A stretch of 63,509 nt of DNA, filler included, from Choristocarpus tenellus KU-1152 (lineage: Eukaryota > Protista > Phaeophyceae): the NCBI GenBank assembly GCA_964200185.2. It is 12 parts of 12 records of this genome, joined end to end, with 100 filler letters (N's around TTAATTAATTAA, not from the genome) between each part and the next. Parts side by side here need not be neighbours in the genome. Positions count along the whole stretch, not along the records: positions 1 to 2,740 come from CAXNAD020025166.1; positions 2,841 to 7,856 come from CAXNAD020012151.1; positions 7,957 to 12,276 come from CAXNAD020015131.1; 9 more parts are not named here. One strand, 5' to 3'. The stretch's first letter is position 1. Every line of letters begins with the position of its first letter. The translations under genes and the position numbers were made by a program. Shown here in pieces: positions 1-11,969 of the stretch. The notes beneath the pieces were generated by a model. The model did not search any database, was not told the origin of the DNA, and saw only the letters and a program-made list of their open reading frames with translations.

Positions 1-1135
1 GTACGTTTATATTTGGTTAGGTATGATACAGAGTAGGTACGTATATAAAATATAATAAGTCAACATTAATCCACACGTCAGTGATGATGGATGGTTGACG
101 GGCAATTAGTAATTCAGTGTGTGCTTTACCATGTAATTCAACTGCTAGCTTCCGGCGACGAGCCTCATGTGCGCCAAGCTGCTCAACAAGGGTGGCAAGA
201 ACAATGTCAAACTTGATGGAGTCATGGAGGACCCGGACAAGCCTCTGGATAATCGTAGGAGAAAATGGTATTTCAGAAGAAAATGATGTGGAAGAACTGA
301 CTAAGTTGTGGTGCATTGTTGAAAGCTGAGGTTGAATAATCGAGCATATATGCCTAAGAAGCGCAATGGGTTTAATGAACAAGAAGTCCACAATGACAAG
401 GCCAACAAAGCGAATTCAGATAACATTAATATTGACATCGAGCAGAAAGACAGGACCACCACCAAAGTAGCATCACCTGCCAGCAATATCATCTGCCAAT
501 CTTGAAGGAAAGATGAAAAAGGCGGGAGAGATATACCTCCTCCTCAGAAGTAGGAGAGAGAGATGGAGGCAGGTGGGAGCCAGCCAAGGGATAGGTGGCA
601 GTGCCTTTGCCCATTAAGCTGTTTCCTCCTCTTCTTGAACGACTAAGAAGATGGGGATAGTAACACCAGCCTTCAGGATTTTGAAATATATGACAGGTCA
701 GTGAGGAATGGGAGGGGTCAAGGATGGTCCTGGTCAAGTTGCTGACGACCTAGGAGGCTCTACTGCTAGTGGGGGCTCAGGAAATGATGACCGTGAGGAT
801 GATATGGATTTGACAAGGAGGGTATAGTGGGGAGTGGCCAGTTGTGGTATCACTGAAATAATACTAAATAGAGTGTGCAAATGTCATCAGGCTCAAAGTA
901 TCTGGGGAGGGTGGCGACTGTCCATTCAGGGCCCATCTTTTCCATTTGCTGTTAGAGTTGAGCAGGACAAAAAAATGTCAACAGTATAATCCGTCGAATG
1001 AACAATCCAACCATGTTGCAAGGATTGTTAGAACCGTATGGAGTTGAGCATACTGTTAAAACATAGGGTACTAATTTTTTGTATCATTGATACGGTACAC
1101 TATCACCTGTTCATACTGACTGTTGATTCGCATAT

Positions 1136-1316
1136 GACCCAAAGTATCTGGGAGGGGGGGAGGGGGGTCTACACCAGGGTGTCCATTTGGGTCATAACCA
1201 GGAAAAGTGCACTTGCATTATCCATCCGACGTATGCAACTAAATAACCCGAAAATCGCGACATGAAAAAATTGGTCCCACATCGACAGCCGCCACCCCCC
1301 CCAGATACTTTAAATC
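1136..1316 (+). mobile_element. MITE family B copy (~180 bp)
   Basis: Termini GACCCAAAGTATCTGGG ... CCCAGATACTTTAAATC with G/C tracts inside; body shared with 1631-1811, 3979-4177, 16437-16617, 63327-63500. Confidence 0.85.
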
Positions 1317-1630
1317 TGTCGGAACCGATGTTTCATCTTTAGATACATGAATGTTCATCTCAGATGATGCAAACCAGGAATGAAAGCCGGAGTAGAGACA
1401 AGTACAAGTAATACCATTAGTTGCTTCTGGTGCTGAGAAAAAATAACTTTATAAGCAATCAGGATATATGTGGTCTTGATGAGTTGAGAGTGCAGTACAT
1501 TAGTAGTATCGTGGTGTTATCCTGTAAGTATGTTGACAATAAATATCGACATATTTCCTTTTATGCCATGTCCCCTACCCTGCTAATTAGCACTTCTGAC
1601 ACGCACATCAACTTGGCATCAGCACGTGTA

Positions 1631-1811
1631 GACCCAAAATATCTGGGGGGGTGGGGGGGGTCTACACCAGGCTGTCCATTAGGACAATAACCAGGAAAAG
1701 TGCACTTACGTTATCCATCCGACCTATGCAACCAAATCACCCAAAAATCGCAACATGGAAAAATTGGTATCAAATAGACTGCCGCCACCCCTCCCAGATA
1801 CTTTGTGAACC
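1631..1811 (+). mobile_element. MITE family B copy
   Basis: GACCCAAAATATCTGGG ... CCCAGATACTTTG; colinear with 1136-1316 in the same orientation. Confidence 0.85.
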
Positions 1812-2740
1812 ATATTGGTACTGGTCGTGACTCACATTTCATTGGTACCGCATCATAGGATCATCAATTATCCTTACAACCCCATGGTGCATAGCAAGTA
1901 TGGAACAGTCGAGATCCGTCCAATATACAAATATAGTATGTGCCATATGAATTGTCCCAGATATTGATTCAAGTTTGTTTCTTTATTTTGTGATATTCAC
2001 ATCAGAACCACCAGTTGTATCTCATATGTTGATTTTTCTTTTTCTCTGGTTGGCCTTTTCCTACAAAGAAATTAAGTTCGCTCTGCACTACGGGTACCTG
2101 ACGACGCACAACTAGATGCAATATATCAGGAGTTAACACATCCACACAAAAGATCTTCACAAGATTACAAGCCTTTACTCAGAGCATGATATCTTCCTTT
2201 GAATATACCAAGGGATGACTAACATCACTACACCAAATATCCTTTGATTGTGCAAAGCATGTCACTAGGGTTCATTAGCCTGACTTCACCCGTGCTTCAT
2301 TGCATTGTGACACCTCTTCACCACAACAAACCTGTCACCGTGCAAGAGCACGATTCATGTTAAAACGTAGGCTACTCATTTGTTTTCTCCTTGATACGAT
2401 ACAGTTCCGCCAGTCAATACTGACTGTTGATTGGTCCGTTACGCACTGGTCGTTACCGTCACTAGCTCATCATCACCACATCAATTACCGTCAGAACAGC
2501 ACAGTACAGTACAGAACAGTCGAACTGTATTCTGCACACAGGGATAGTATGCGTCACTTGAGTTGCACCACGTATTGATTCAAGCTTGTTCTGCTGTTCT
2601 GTTGTTTTCCCCTTTTTTTTTTCTCTCTCTTCTTCTTAATAACAGAAGATGACTGTTGTACGTTAATTGTTGATTATTATTTCTTTCTTGGTTGTTGTCC
2701 GCAGAACGAGGGTCTGCATCAAGCTCCCCCCCCCCCCTTT

Positions 2741-2840
2741 NNNNNNNNNNNNNNNNNNNNNNNNNNNNNNNNNNNNNNNNNNNNTTAATTAATTAANNNN
2801 NNNNNNNNNNNNNNNNNNNNNNNNNNNNNNNNNNNNNNNN
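2741..2840. other. Artificial contig-joining linker (N44-TTAATTAATTAA-N44), first of 11
   Basis: Identical 100-bp spacer with a six-frame stop cassette also at 7857-7956, 12277-12376, 23157-23256, 25778-25877, 28880-28979, 34151-34250, 44006-44105, 49607-49706, 54375-54474, 60466-60565. Confidence 0.98.
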
Positions 2841-3371
2841 GAGTTCGTGGAGAAAAGCGGGGGGGGGGGGTGACTGGAAATCAGTGGCGAAGAAGTCGCA
2901 CTGGTTGGTCACAAGTGATGGTACAATGGGGATGAGGGGAATGGTTGGAATGCAAACACAGAAAAATAATATTAATAATCCAGAATTCGTGAGCAAAGCA
3001 GAGTGTAGGATTACTATACAAAATTATAGATCAGTGCCAGTTGTGAACAAGTAATGACACAAAACAAAAGAGGCACCCTCCTAACACGACGAAGAAAGCC
3101 TTGCAGCAAAACCTCTCTCAAAGTAACTGGACTTGGTCAACCCCCCATTCTGGGGTCTGACTTACCCCCATTTCGAGGCTGCCCTACGTTGTACTGTATC
3201 CCCACTGTGTTCTTTACCCTGGGTGTCTCATTTCCACGCCCTGTATATTTTAATTCAGGGCTTGGAACACCACTCTTGCCTTCGTATTGTTCTACCTTAG
3301 ATAAACCTTGCATACATCGGATTCCCTTTGCCCTGCCACTTGTGTACTGGTTTTTGGAACACCTCCACAAT

Positions 3372-3639
3372 GAGCCAAGTCAATTGAAAGGTAGGCAGGT
3401 TTGGACCCTATTGCTCTAAGCCATCGTTATTGTCCTGTGCAATAAATACACTGTCTCATTCCTTTATGTGCAATAGGGTTAGGGTTAGGGTTAGCAAAAT
3501 TGATATCCTCCCTTTCCACACACAAAGTGACACTATGATTAAGCAAAGGCTCTTTCTGCAATATAAAATACAGCATCTTTTTGCCCTTTCTCGGGATACT
3601 TAAAGTGCATCCCTGCCTACCTGCCAATTGGTATAGGTC
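3372..3639 (+). mobile_element. MITE family D copy (~260 bp) with an internal TTAGGG patch
   Basis: TIR GAGCCAAGTCAATTGAAAGGTAGGCAGG ... CCTGCCTACCTGCCAATTGG; body (CCCTTTCCACACACAAAGTGA) shared with 4243-4500 and 22292-22550. Confidence 0.8.
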
Positions 3640-3978
3640 AGTTGTTAACTTCGTTTCCACCCCAATTCTCCCCGAGCGCAGGGTATATTCCCCAGGTTCC
3701 AATCTCAAGCCACACCCTTCAATCATGGTCCAGGGGGCAAACGTAACCTTATTCCAGGTCAAGAAAGCAACCAATTTCGGTCCTTCCCACCCTTCAGTCT
3801 CTCTTGCGCATAGTACCAACGCTGACAGAGAGACTCTATCAAAAGTTCAATAGTGACAAAAGGGATGAAGTGATCGAGCATAGGTGTGGTAGCGAATTTC
3901 ATACCATGAAAAGAAGTGGGTTGATCTGTGTCAGCGAATCTTTCGCCATGAAACGGGTTGGCAAAATCAGATTTGAGT

Positions 3979-4177
3979 GGCTCAAAGTATCTGGGGGGAG
4001 TGGGGGTTCTACATCAGGGTGTCCATTAGGGCCCTGACCAGGAGAGTTGCACTTACATTATCCATACGACGTATGCAACCAAATCACCCAAAAATCACGA
4101 CATGGAAAAATGGGCTCCACATGTGTGACTCAACACTACATGGACAGTCTCCCCCTCCCCCCAGATACCTTGCACCC
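3979..4177 (+). mobile_element. MITE family B copy
   Basis: GGCTCAAAGTATCTGGGGG ... CCCCAGATACCTTG; flanks GAGT/AAGT (3 of 4 match). Confidence 0.8.
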
Positions 4178-4242
4178 AAGTCATTCCATTCCATTGATGT
4201 GCCATGCACAGTAAGGTGTGTTGTTAATTTCTACTATCTGTT

Positions 4243-4500
4243 GAGCCAAACTAATTGAGAGATAGGCAAGTTTTGACCCTTTTGCATTCTAAGTCGTCTT
4301 TCTTACCCTGTGCTGTGCATACCATTACATTTCTTCTATGTGAACAAAAGTGTGCGCAAAATTGATAATCCCCCTTTCCACACACAAAGTGATAACACAA
4401 TTCAGCAAAAATATTTTTTAATTGTAAAAAATGGCATATTTTTTCACTTTCTCAAGATCCTTCAAGTGCAACCCTGCCTACCTCTCAGTTGGTTTGATTG
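4243..4500 (+). mobile_element. MITE family D copy
   Basis: GAGCCAAACTAATTGAGAGATAGGCAAG ... CCTGCCTACCTCTCAGTTGGTTTGATTG. Confidence 0.8.
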
Positions 4501-6292
4501 TGGTGTGAATTGAGGGGATTCACAGTGAGGTCACATGATTCCGCATCATCATATTTTTTGCACTAATGCCCCTGTAGGTGTGTCGCAAAATCTTGACTTC
4601 TTCAAGTGGTTTGAGGTAATTTGGCGTGCTCCAGTCATTCGATTCTATTCCATTACTTTGACATGGGCACTCAACTTGGCCACATCCTGAAGAGCTTGAG
4701 AGAGAGACTCGAGTATGCTAGGTGGGGTTGCCGTTGTTGTTTAGGGGTCTCTGTGACTGTTTTCTGATTTGCATTTCTATCTCCAATCTAATGATAATAC
4801 ATCCGTTCATGGGGTCATGTCTTACAAGTCCACAGACTTCGCATAGGAATTGTCTGAACTGACCATGAAAATGGCGTGTCAGGTATTTATTGATTAATCC
4901 CTTGATGACAAAAATGGTCAAAACCCACTCCCCTCTATAATACTCTGGCTTCGAGACAGATAGAATTGTGTCAGACACAGCTGTCACCGTGTGCCATGCA
5001 CACTCAACTGGATCCATACCCTGTTGGGCTCTCATAATGTCATGCACTAGACCCAGAGAAGTATCGTGTACTTTGCTTGCCTTTTCTACACTCGTAGTCG
5101 AGTGGGACATGCTCAGACTCACTGGATCATGCCCAGAGAAGCTCTCAAAGTGCCACGAACTGGGGTTCTAGATTGGCTCAAGCTAATGTTATTCACATGC
5201 AATCGTCTCATTTATACCATTTGCTTCATGTAGCTGTGGAACGAGTATAGCATTGTTTCGTGCTACGAATCATGTTTATTGTACCTTGTGGGTTGAACTC
5301 TTGATATCCACACAATCTATTCACTGTGCGTCATTATATTAGTTTACATTAAATCGAGTTTATCAGGGACGAATATGATTCCTAGCCCACACCTGATAAG
5401 ACCCCTCTATGGGCAATTTGGATTGCATCGTGCGCACCATACCTCCCTATCTTACCGTCCGCTCTACCTGTATCTTGTTCGACCTGGGCTGTGCCTTCAC
5501 CCTTTACCTCCTCACTCGCCTCCAACACCTCATCCTGTGCCCCTCGGGCTCCCCCAAACCTTTTTACGTTGCCATGGAACGCAGTGTGGGATCTAGGCCG
5601 TCCTCCGAATCATCCGCACCCAGTCATCCTCTGCCCCTTCATCATCCTACCTTTAAGCTTACTCTCCACCCCATGCCCTTAACCCCCAGTCCCTCCCCCT
5701 TAATTATCTCCTTGCCCAGGCTGCCTGGCCATCGGGGCAACCCCTTGTGGTTATTCGCTTCACCCCAACAACATGGTCAGCCTCTGTGAAGACGCAGATC
5801 TTTCTATACCCTCACTGCGGCACACACTCACCCATCCCCACCCTCTCCAACCATACCTACAACGCCCTCACCAACCGAAGACTCCACCTCCTCCCTAATG
5901 AGCTCAATGCCTGCTTACATGCCATCACTGTGCCTCAACTTCACCTTTTCTCACCACACAACATCTCAGTTCAGAATCTACACAATCCATACACCTCACT
6001 TCATAGGTCAAGGCACCATCTCCCCCCACATTATAACCCCCTTGTATTCTGGAACACCCACTGTCCTTGGGGAACCCCTACTGTCATACTTCTTTCATTT
6101 TTTTAAATGAAGCTTAGGATCATTTTTCACATATAGGTTATGGTTACGGTTTGAGTCTCGAAAATTAACTTGAAGAGGTGAAAGGCGGTGGATCCTTGAG
6201 AGGTTACGGTTCCCCATTGCACACTGTACTCTTCCGCTGCTTCTAAATTTTTTTCTTGGTTGGTTAGGAAATTTTTCACACGCAATTTAAGG

Positions 6293-6370
6293 TTAGGGTT
6301 AGGGTTAGGGTTAGGGTTAGGGTTAGGGTTAGGGTTAGGGTTAGGGTTGGGGTTGGGGTTGGGGTTAGGG
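6293..6370 (+). repeat. Interstitial telomeric repeat: (TTAGGG)9 (TTGGGG)3 TTAGGG
   Basis: 13 hexamer units read directly; mid-contig; flanked on both sides by TTTAAGG. Confidence 0.95.
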
Positions 6371-9300
6371 TTTAAGGTTTCAAAAATACTTGCCAAAAAG
6401 GGAAAAACATATTACAGTTTTAGGAGGGTGGGAGTTCCCAAAGACAAGGGGATTCCCTTGTGTACTGCAATAGACTACAGTACTCGGCCAACGCCATCGA
6501 CAAGGGTGTGAACACTCTCCGAGTACAACCCAGAGTTCCGGGAACGGATGAGATATTCAGGGTGCTGGTTCCCAAGCACACCAATAAGAACCTGTATGAG
6601 GTGAGGTGAGCTGTCACGAAAGCTAAGGACAAAGTAGCAATGGACATAGGGTTTGGGGAACAATGGTACTGCCCCACCGATGGGGAGTACACTCCCACTT
6701 CCCTCCAAATGGCTTGAATTTGAGTGAACAGCAACTCAGCACCAGGCCCTGATAGAATGTGCCCCATCCATATCTGATCGGTCACTATGACAGATATTGG
6801 CATTGAAGAGGTGGAAGAGGCGTTTGCCAAGCTATGGGAGCTTGCCTACAACTCCTCGGACTCCTTGCCCTCCTGAATCTTGGAAGCTCCACACCTTTTT
6901 CCAGATTGTCTGCAATTGGGAGGAAGTGTTGCCCAGTCGCCGGTGGTCTACACAAGGGAAAATAAACTCCACAGCCATAGTTGCTTTTGAGCAGCTGAAG
7001 ACGGACCTGCATGAGGTGGGCATGGTACTACACACGGATAAGACCTATGCCACACCACCCCAGGGCAATCAGCCTACACCCTCAGAACTGAAACCCAGAG
7101 CTATGGCGGGAATCAGCCTTGGTCTGGACCCAAGTAATTTTGTCACACTAGGGGCTAAAGATTGGACAGATTAATTAATCCAATCACATGACCAGAGTAA
7201 TTGAGAGCTCAGGCTCACGAATTGCTGGCTACGGAATTGAATGAGGTGGAGGATAAACAAGTTGCCAGGCCCCTCAACTACTGATAAGACTCTTCCCGTT
7301 TGGATAATTTGTCGAGGATCATCCTCCTCCATCTGGCACGCTCCTCCATGGAAGAAGCTGATACACCTCACTTTGGACTCTAGAGAAGATGGAGTTGGAA
7401 GACTCAATCAGAGGTGCTGAGTTCTTGACGACAGGGTGTGTGAAAATGCATCTCTTCACCTGGAAACAACCCCAAAAAGTACACGGACAGCTTCCCACAA
7501 ATTGAGGGGGCCTAGGCCTATCCTCCAAGAGATACTGCCAGCATGTACCTGTTGTGGAATAACTAGTGACCACTCTCCCCACCTTCCTAGCAAGGCATCA
7601 AGAGTCCTATGAATAGATTTTTTCCAAGACCATTTGTGTGAGCCCCATAGTTCAGTCCATAGGATTGTCGATCCACACTCTCCCCTCGTCAGGAATCCCT
7701 CTGGAAGACTTGGGCGGAAATTTTGGCCAAATAGAACGACCCCTTGCCCTGTCCTGGAGATTCACTCTATAGCAGTTCATGTGTTACAGGCGCCCCTCAA
7801 TGCTCACCTTCCAGGATGTACAACTCAAATCCAACGACCTTAAAACGATGCTATGANNNNNNNNNNNNNNNNNNNNNNNNNNNNNNNNNNNNNNNNNNNN
7901 TTAATTAATTAANNNNNNNNNNNNNNNNNNNNNNNNNNNNNNNNNNNNNNNNNNNNCTCTTTTTTTTTTTTTTTTTTCAAATCCGATACGTGCGACCAAA
8001 TCACAGCAAAAAAGTGAAAATCGAAAAAAGGGTGAAAAACGGTCGCCGTCACCCCCCCCCAGATACTCTGAGCCATCTCCTTATGCAAACAGCCCATACA
8101 TGCTCAACTCGATGCGGTCAGTAAACTAACTCCAAATCTTGTTCTTCAGACTGTAGTGGTATACATCAGTGAGAATGCAAAAATAAGAATAATAATTTAT
8201 ACGGAAGATACACAGCCTTGATCTCAATCTGGACTTACAAAAGTGGATACTGAATACACATCTTACTAGTGGGTGCCAGCAAGAACCTCTACAGATGATG
8301 TGTACCACGGACAGTCCACTCGCATCACAATCAGATTTACAGCATAGTATGAAATATTTAGCATCCGGTCCATGGATTGATTGATTGCATTGCCACTCCC
8401 CATACAGGACGACACACAGTATACACAAAATACATGGCACACAAACAAAACAAAGCAGAACCATCTCCAGATCTTGAGTATAGCATCAACCAGTTGATCT
8501 TCATCATTCTCCACAGCAGGCTCTCACTTTAACTTAGATGTTATTAAACACCTGAGGAAAGAGAAAGTATACACACCACAGTAAGGAGAGGCTACAGCAC
8601 TTCCTTGACCTTGTAATACTACACAACACACACTTGGCACCACCATTCTCATCAATCTCAGGAATCACTACAATGTCACCCCTGGTGTGCCAGTCCGACT
8701 GCCAGCCCTACCAATAGCACCCACTATCTCCAATGACCTCCCATGATATGTGACCACACACACAGGGCAAACCCTTTGGTACAAAGGACCAAACTGCTCA
8801 GGAAGGGTAATGGTTTTTGACCCTTCAGATATGGGTTAAGTTAACAATCCATCTCATGCCGAGTAGACTCATGCCACAAGAAACATACAGGTATTTGACT
8901 CCTCGTCAGTATTCCGAAAAAATAAATGAACTGCATTGCAACCTAACTAGCTTTATTACTCTGATGACAAGCATTGTCTCCATTGGACTAACCCTAACCC
9001 TAATTAGTACTTTAATGCTGTGTTGTAAAACGGTTCTAACAGCATGTGCAACTATTAACTCATGTGTGGTTTCTCCAACGGGAGAGCTCGGGCTGTGATA
9101 GATACAAATAATATAATTATATGGCCAATTTCTTTTCTTGATCTAGAATCTAGAATAACCTGAAAACCTGAATACAAAATAAAATAAGTAATGCCATACG
9201 TGCTGCTTCTACATGTCTACACTTGTAAGTTGTAAGGGAAGATAATGGACATAGCCTTTCCTTTGCGAAGGACTAGAAAAGAACCTAAAATATGTAATGC

Positions 9301-9912
9301 CCTCTATTCATGCCATCTACTAGTGTGTACAGTAACTGAATTTGGTTCTAAACAATAAACCTCAGAATGACACTCAATAATACTATGCCCACTGGTTCTA
9401 AAACTCAAGATGGTGAAGGATGGTGAAAGATAGTTCAAGGAAGGGTATTGCACAATTGAGTTAAGATAGGGCAAGTAGAAGTTAAAAAGTACACACCACA
9501 ACACAAGAAACAAAAGATTGCATAAAACACAAGAGTACCTTCCACATCCCAAAAATGATCACTGGGTTGAGCTTGTTATGATACAGTGGGTGATTGAGGA
9601 ATAAGAGATGAGTTTTGAAAGCTTTCTGATAGTATCTGGTGTAGAAAGAAACAAAACTGTGCTAACTGGTCAACATGCACCACAAGGGAAATGCTTGGAG
9701 GAAACAGAGTCAGTGACAGTGATACGGATAGTGACAATGGGAGAGTTTGGGGGTACTGAGTACCCAGTACTGACTCTCTACTATTGGCTTCATCCTCCTT
9801 CAATGTAAACACTGCAAGTCTCGATGCATGGTATTCCCTAACCCTAATGTTTGACTGGCAGTCATTGTTTGCACTGTATTCCACCTTGATTGGCACCATA
9901 TCCCGATTCCAT

Positions 9913-11969
9913 CTAAGATTGAACTGATTTGACTATTCTACACATCGGTTCATTCACCTCCTCTGATGCTCTTCGACCAGCTAGCACAGCCCCTTCCATG
10001 AGACCCGAATGTTGATCATTGGTCTCTGAACCACATAACCAGACTCGCCCTGGAGAGTCTACTGTGACACCCCCCTGACACCGTCGATAAAATAAGTATC
10101 AAACATCAATAAAACAATTGAGTATGCAACCAATTCAACATGAATCTATAATCATAATCAGTCCACAAGCCCCTTAGCAATCTAGGGGTGCAACAGTACG
10201 TAAGTTGTGTCAATGATATTAATCAAAGGCATTAATCAATGATATTTATCAATGGTATTCTACACTGTTACTTGTATGGTGCACGTATGTATGACAGTAT
10301 CAACATTGAGCATTAACATTGAGTATTATCCTGAAAAAGAGCAAATAGGTTATAGATTGTGTTCTGCCTCTAGATGGTTGGTGTAGATTGTGTTATCAAA
10401 CCTCTAAATGATTGTCATCAACACTTCAAGAATTTTTCACAGTGGGAAACAAAGGACTTGTACAGGATCTACGCCATTCAATCAGTTTTGGCATGTTTCA
10501 AGAAAATTACACACGTGTTAGAGTACTGTATACTGCAAGTGTGTAAGTGTGTAAGTGTGTAACAACAGTGAGTAGTACTACTCGCAACAATATTCTGACA
10601 TCCAACAAGTTTGTGTTATAGTGTAGTTCAAAGTGCACAAGAGACCCTGCTAAACTAGACTATTTGATTCAGCAACCATGAAGAATTAAAGTAACATGCA
10701 GACTGAGGGACCAGCAAAGCAGTTCTTGTCTCTTTGACACCAGAACAATATTTAGTACATTCAGGATAGATGCTTACAAAAGGTCTTCTCAGACGTGGGT
10801 TTCCCATGGAGCCATGTCCCCCCCCAGTGCCGCCGCCATTGGCGTTGGTCAGGGGATCATTTATCCACCGGAAGGTGGTGAATGATAGAGGAGTAAGGGC
10901 ATCTTCCCCGAACATTCTCTCTAACTGTAACAGCGCCTGAAGGTGAATAGTGTGTTTCAATGATGTGTTAGTGTTAGGGTAGGAACCTTGGGGGTGTTTG
11001 AGAGTTACAGAAAGATCTACTTGCTGTCTGTGCAATCTGAAATTATTGACAAATCAATGCAATAGATACAAGCAAAAAACTCTCACTTGAATACTTGACG
11101 TTTGGGCAATGGTATGATCCACATTCAGTGTATGTCACCTGAGGTCTCAACTCTTTATCTGTTGGAGGGCCATCAAGTCCTTGAGAAAATATGAAACCGC
11201 ACAAAGCTGAAGGATTGGTACCCTCTGGCCCACATGAGTCATACAGCTGATGGATTGGACCCCCATGGCCTTGAGCCATGGCATTGCCACTGCTACCAAT
11301 GGCTCTCCAGAATGGTTTGGCATAGGTCACCAGCACCTGTGAGGGATACAGGTAATAACAAATACATGAAAACATAGAGTAATGGTGTTACAGGCGGCAA
11401 GTGCGAGCTGAAAGGAGTGGGGAGATCTGGGGAACCTTGAGAGTACATAATTCACTCTTGCTATAATGTTAGCATCACTGTACCATACAGTAGTGGAGTA
11501 GCACAGTAGTAGAGTGATATTCACACACCACCTGAGCAATGGCAGTATGATGATTGATACTTGATACCTTCAGTGCCTACAGAGGAGTATAAAAAATCTC
11601 ACTGTGTGTTCCAGACTCAAAAACATTTGGGGTATTTTCTGTTGGAGTTGATGAAAACATGTTGGATGCACCACAGTAAACAAGAAAAAGAAACAACTCC
11701 AACTTGCCTTCGCTGGCCCTACTCCAAATCTACTTTCTTTTGAGAAATTGTCAATGCAACCTCTTGTCTTAGTTGTGTTCCCTTTGTTTAACCAATTGTC
11801 ACTCTCAAACAACCTTAGTTGTTTGACCCATCCAGGTTGGTGTACCCTTGATTGCTGAGGAGAGGCCAGGAGGGAGTGCTGGCGACCATGCTATCACTGG
11901 TGGAAGAATAACTCGGGGGGGAACAGCCATTAGTACAGCCTTGGCCTTCCACTCCACAGGACTACCAGC
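9913..11969 (-). CDS. Flavin-containing amine oxidase (monoamine oxidase family), 3' exons
   Basis: GT-AG phase-0 exons 11969-11814 (AVLMAVPPRV...TPTWMGQTTK), 11336-11139 (VLVTYAKPFWR...ALCGF), 10936-10778 (LERMFGEDA...RWINDP), 10074-9913 (WLCGSET...GLMEGAVLAGRRASEE, the C-terminal FAD motif). The last exon could instead splice after EE to VFNNI* near 8551. The 5' end is off-contig. Confidence 0.88.

Noticed and set aside
2741-2840. Recurrent TTAATTAATTAA within N runs as a biological repeat or array
   Set aside because: Identical 100-bp synthetic linker joining contigs.
4718-5171. Possible transposase remnant (MDPVECAWHTV)
   Set aside because: Only a vague motif resemblance; no catalytic triad or ends could be traced.
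6127-6511. ORFs with NPNPNP / GLGLGL runs
   Set aside because: Translations of the telomeric repeat, not genes.
6420-7650. Possible LINE remnant on the minus strand
   Set aside because: No diagnostic RT or endonuclease motif could be read.
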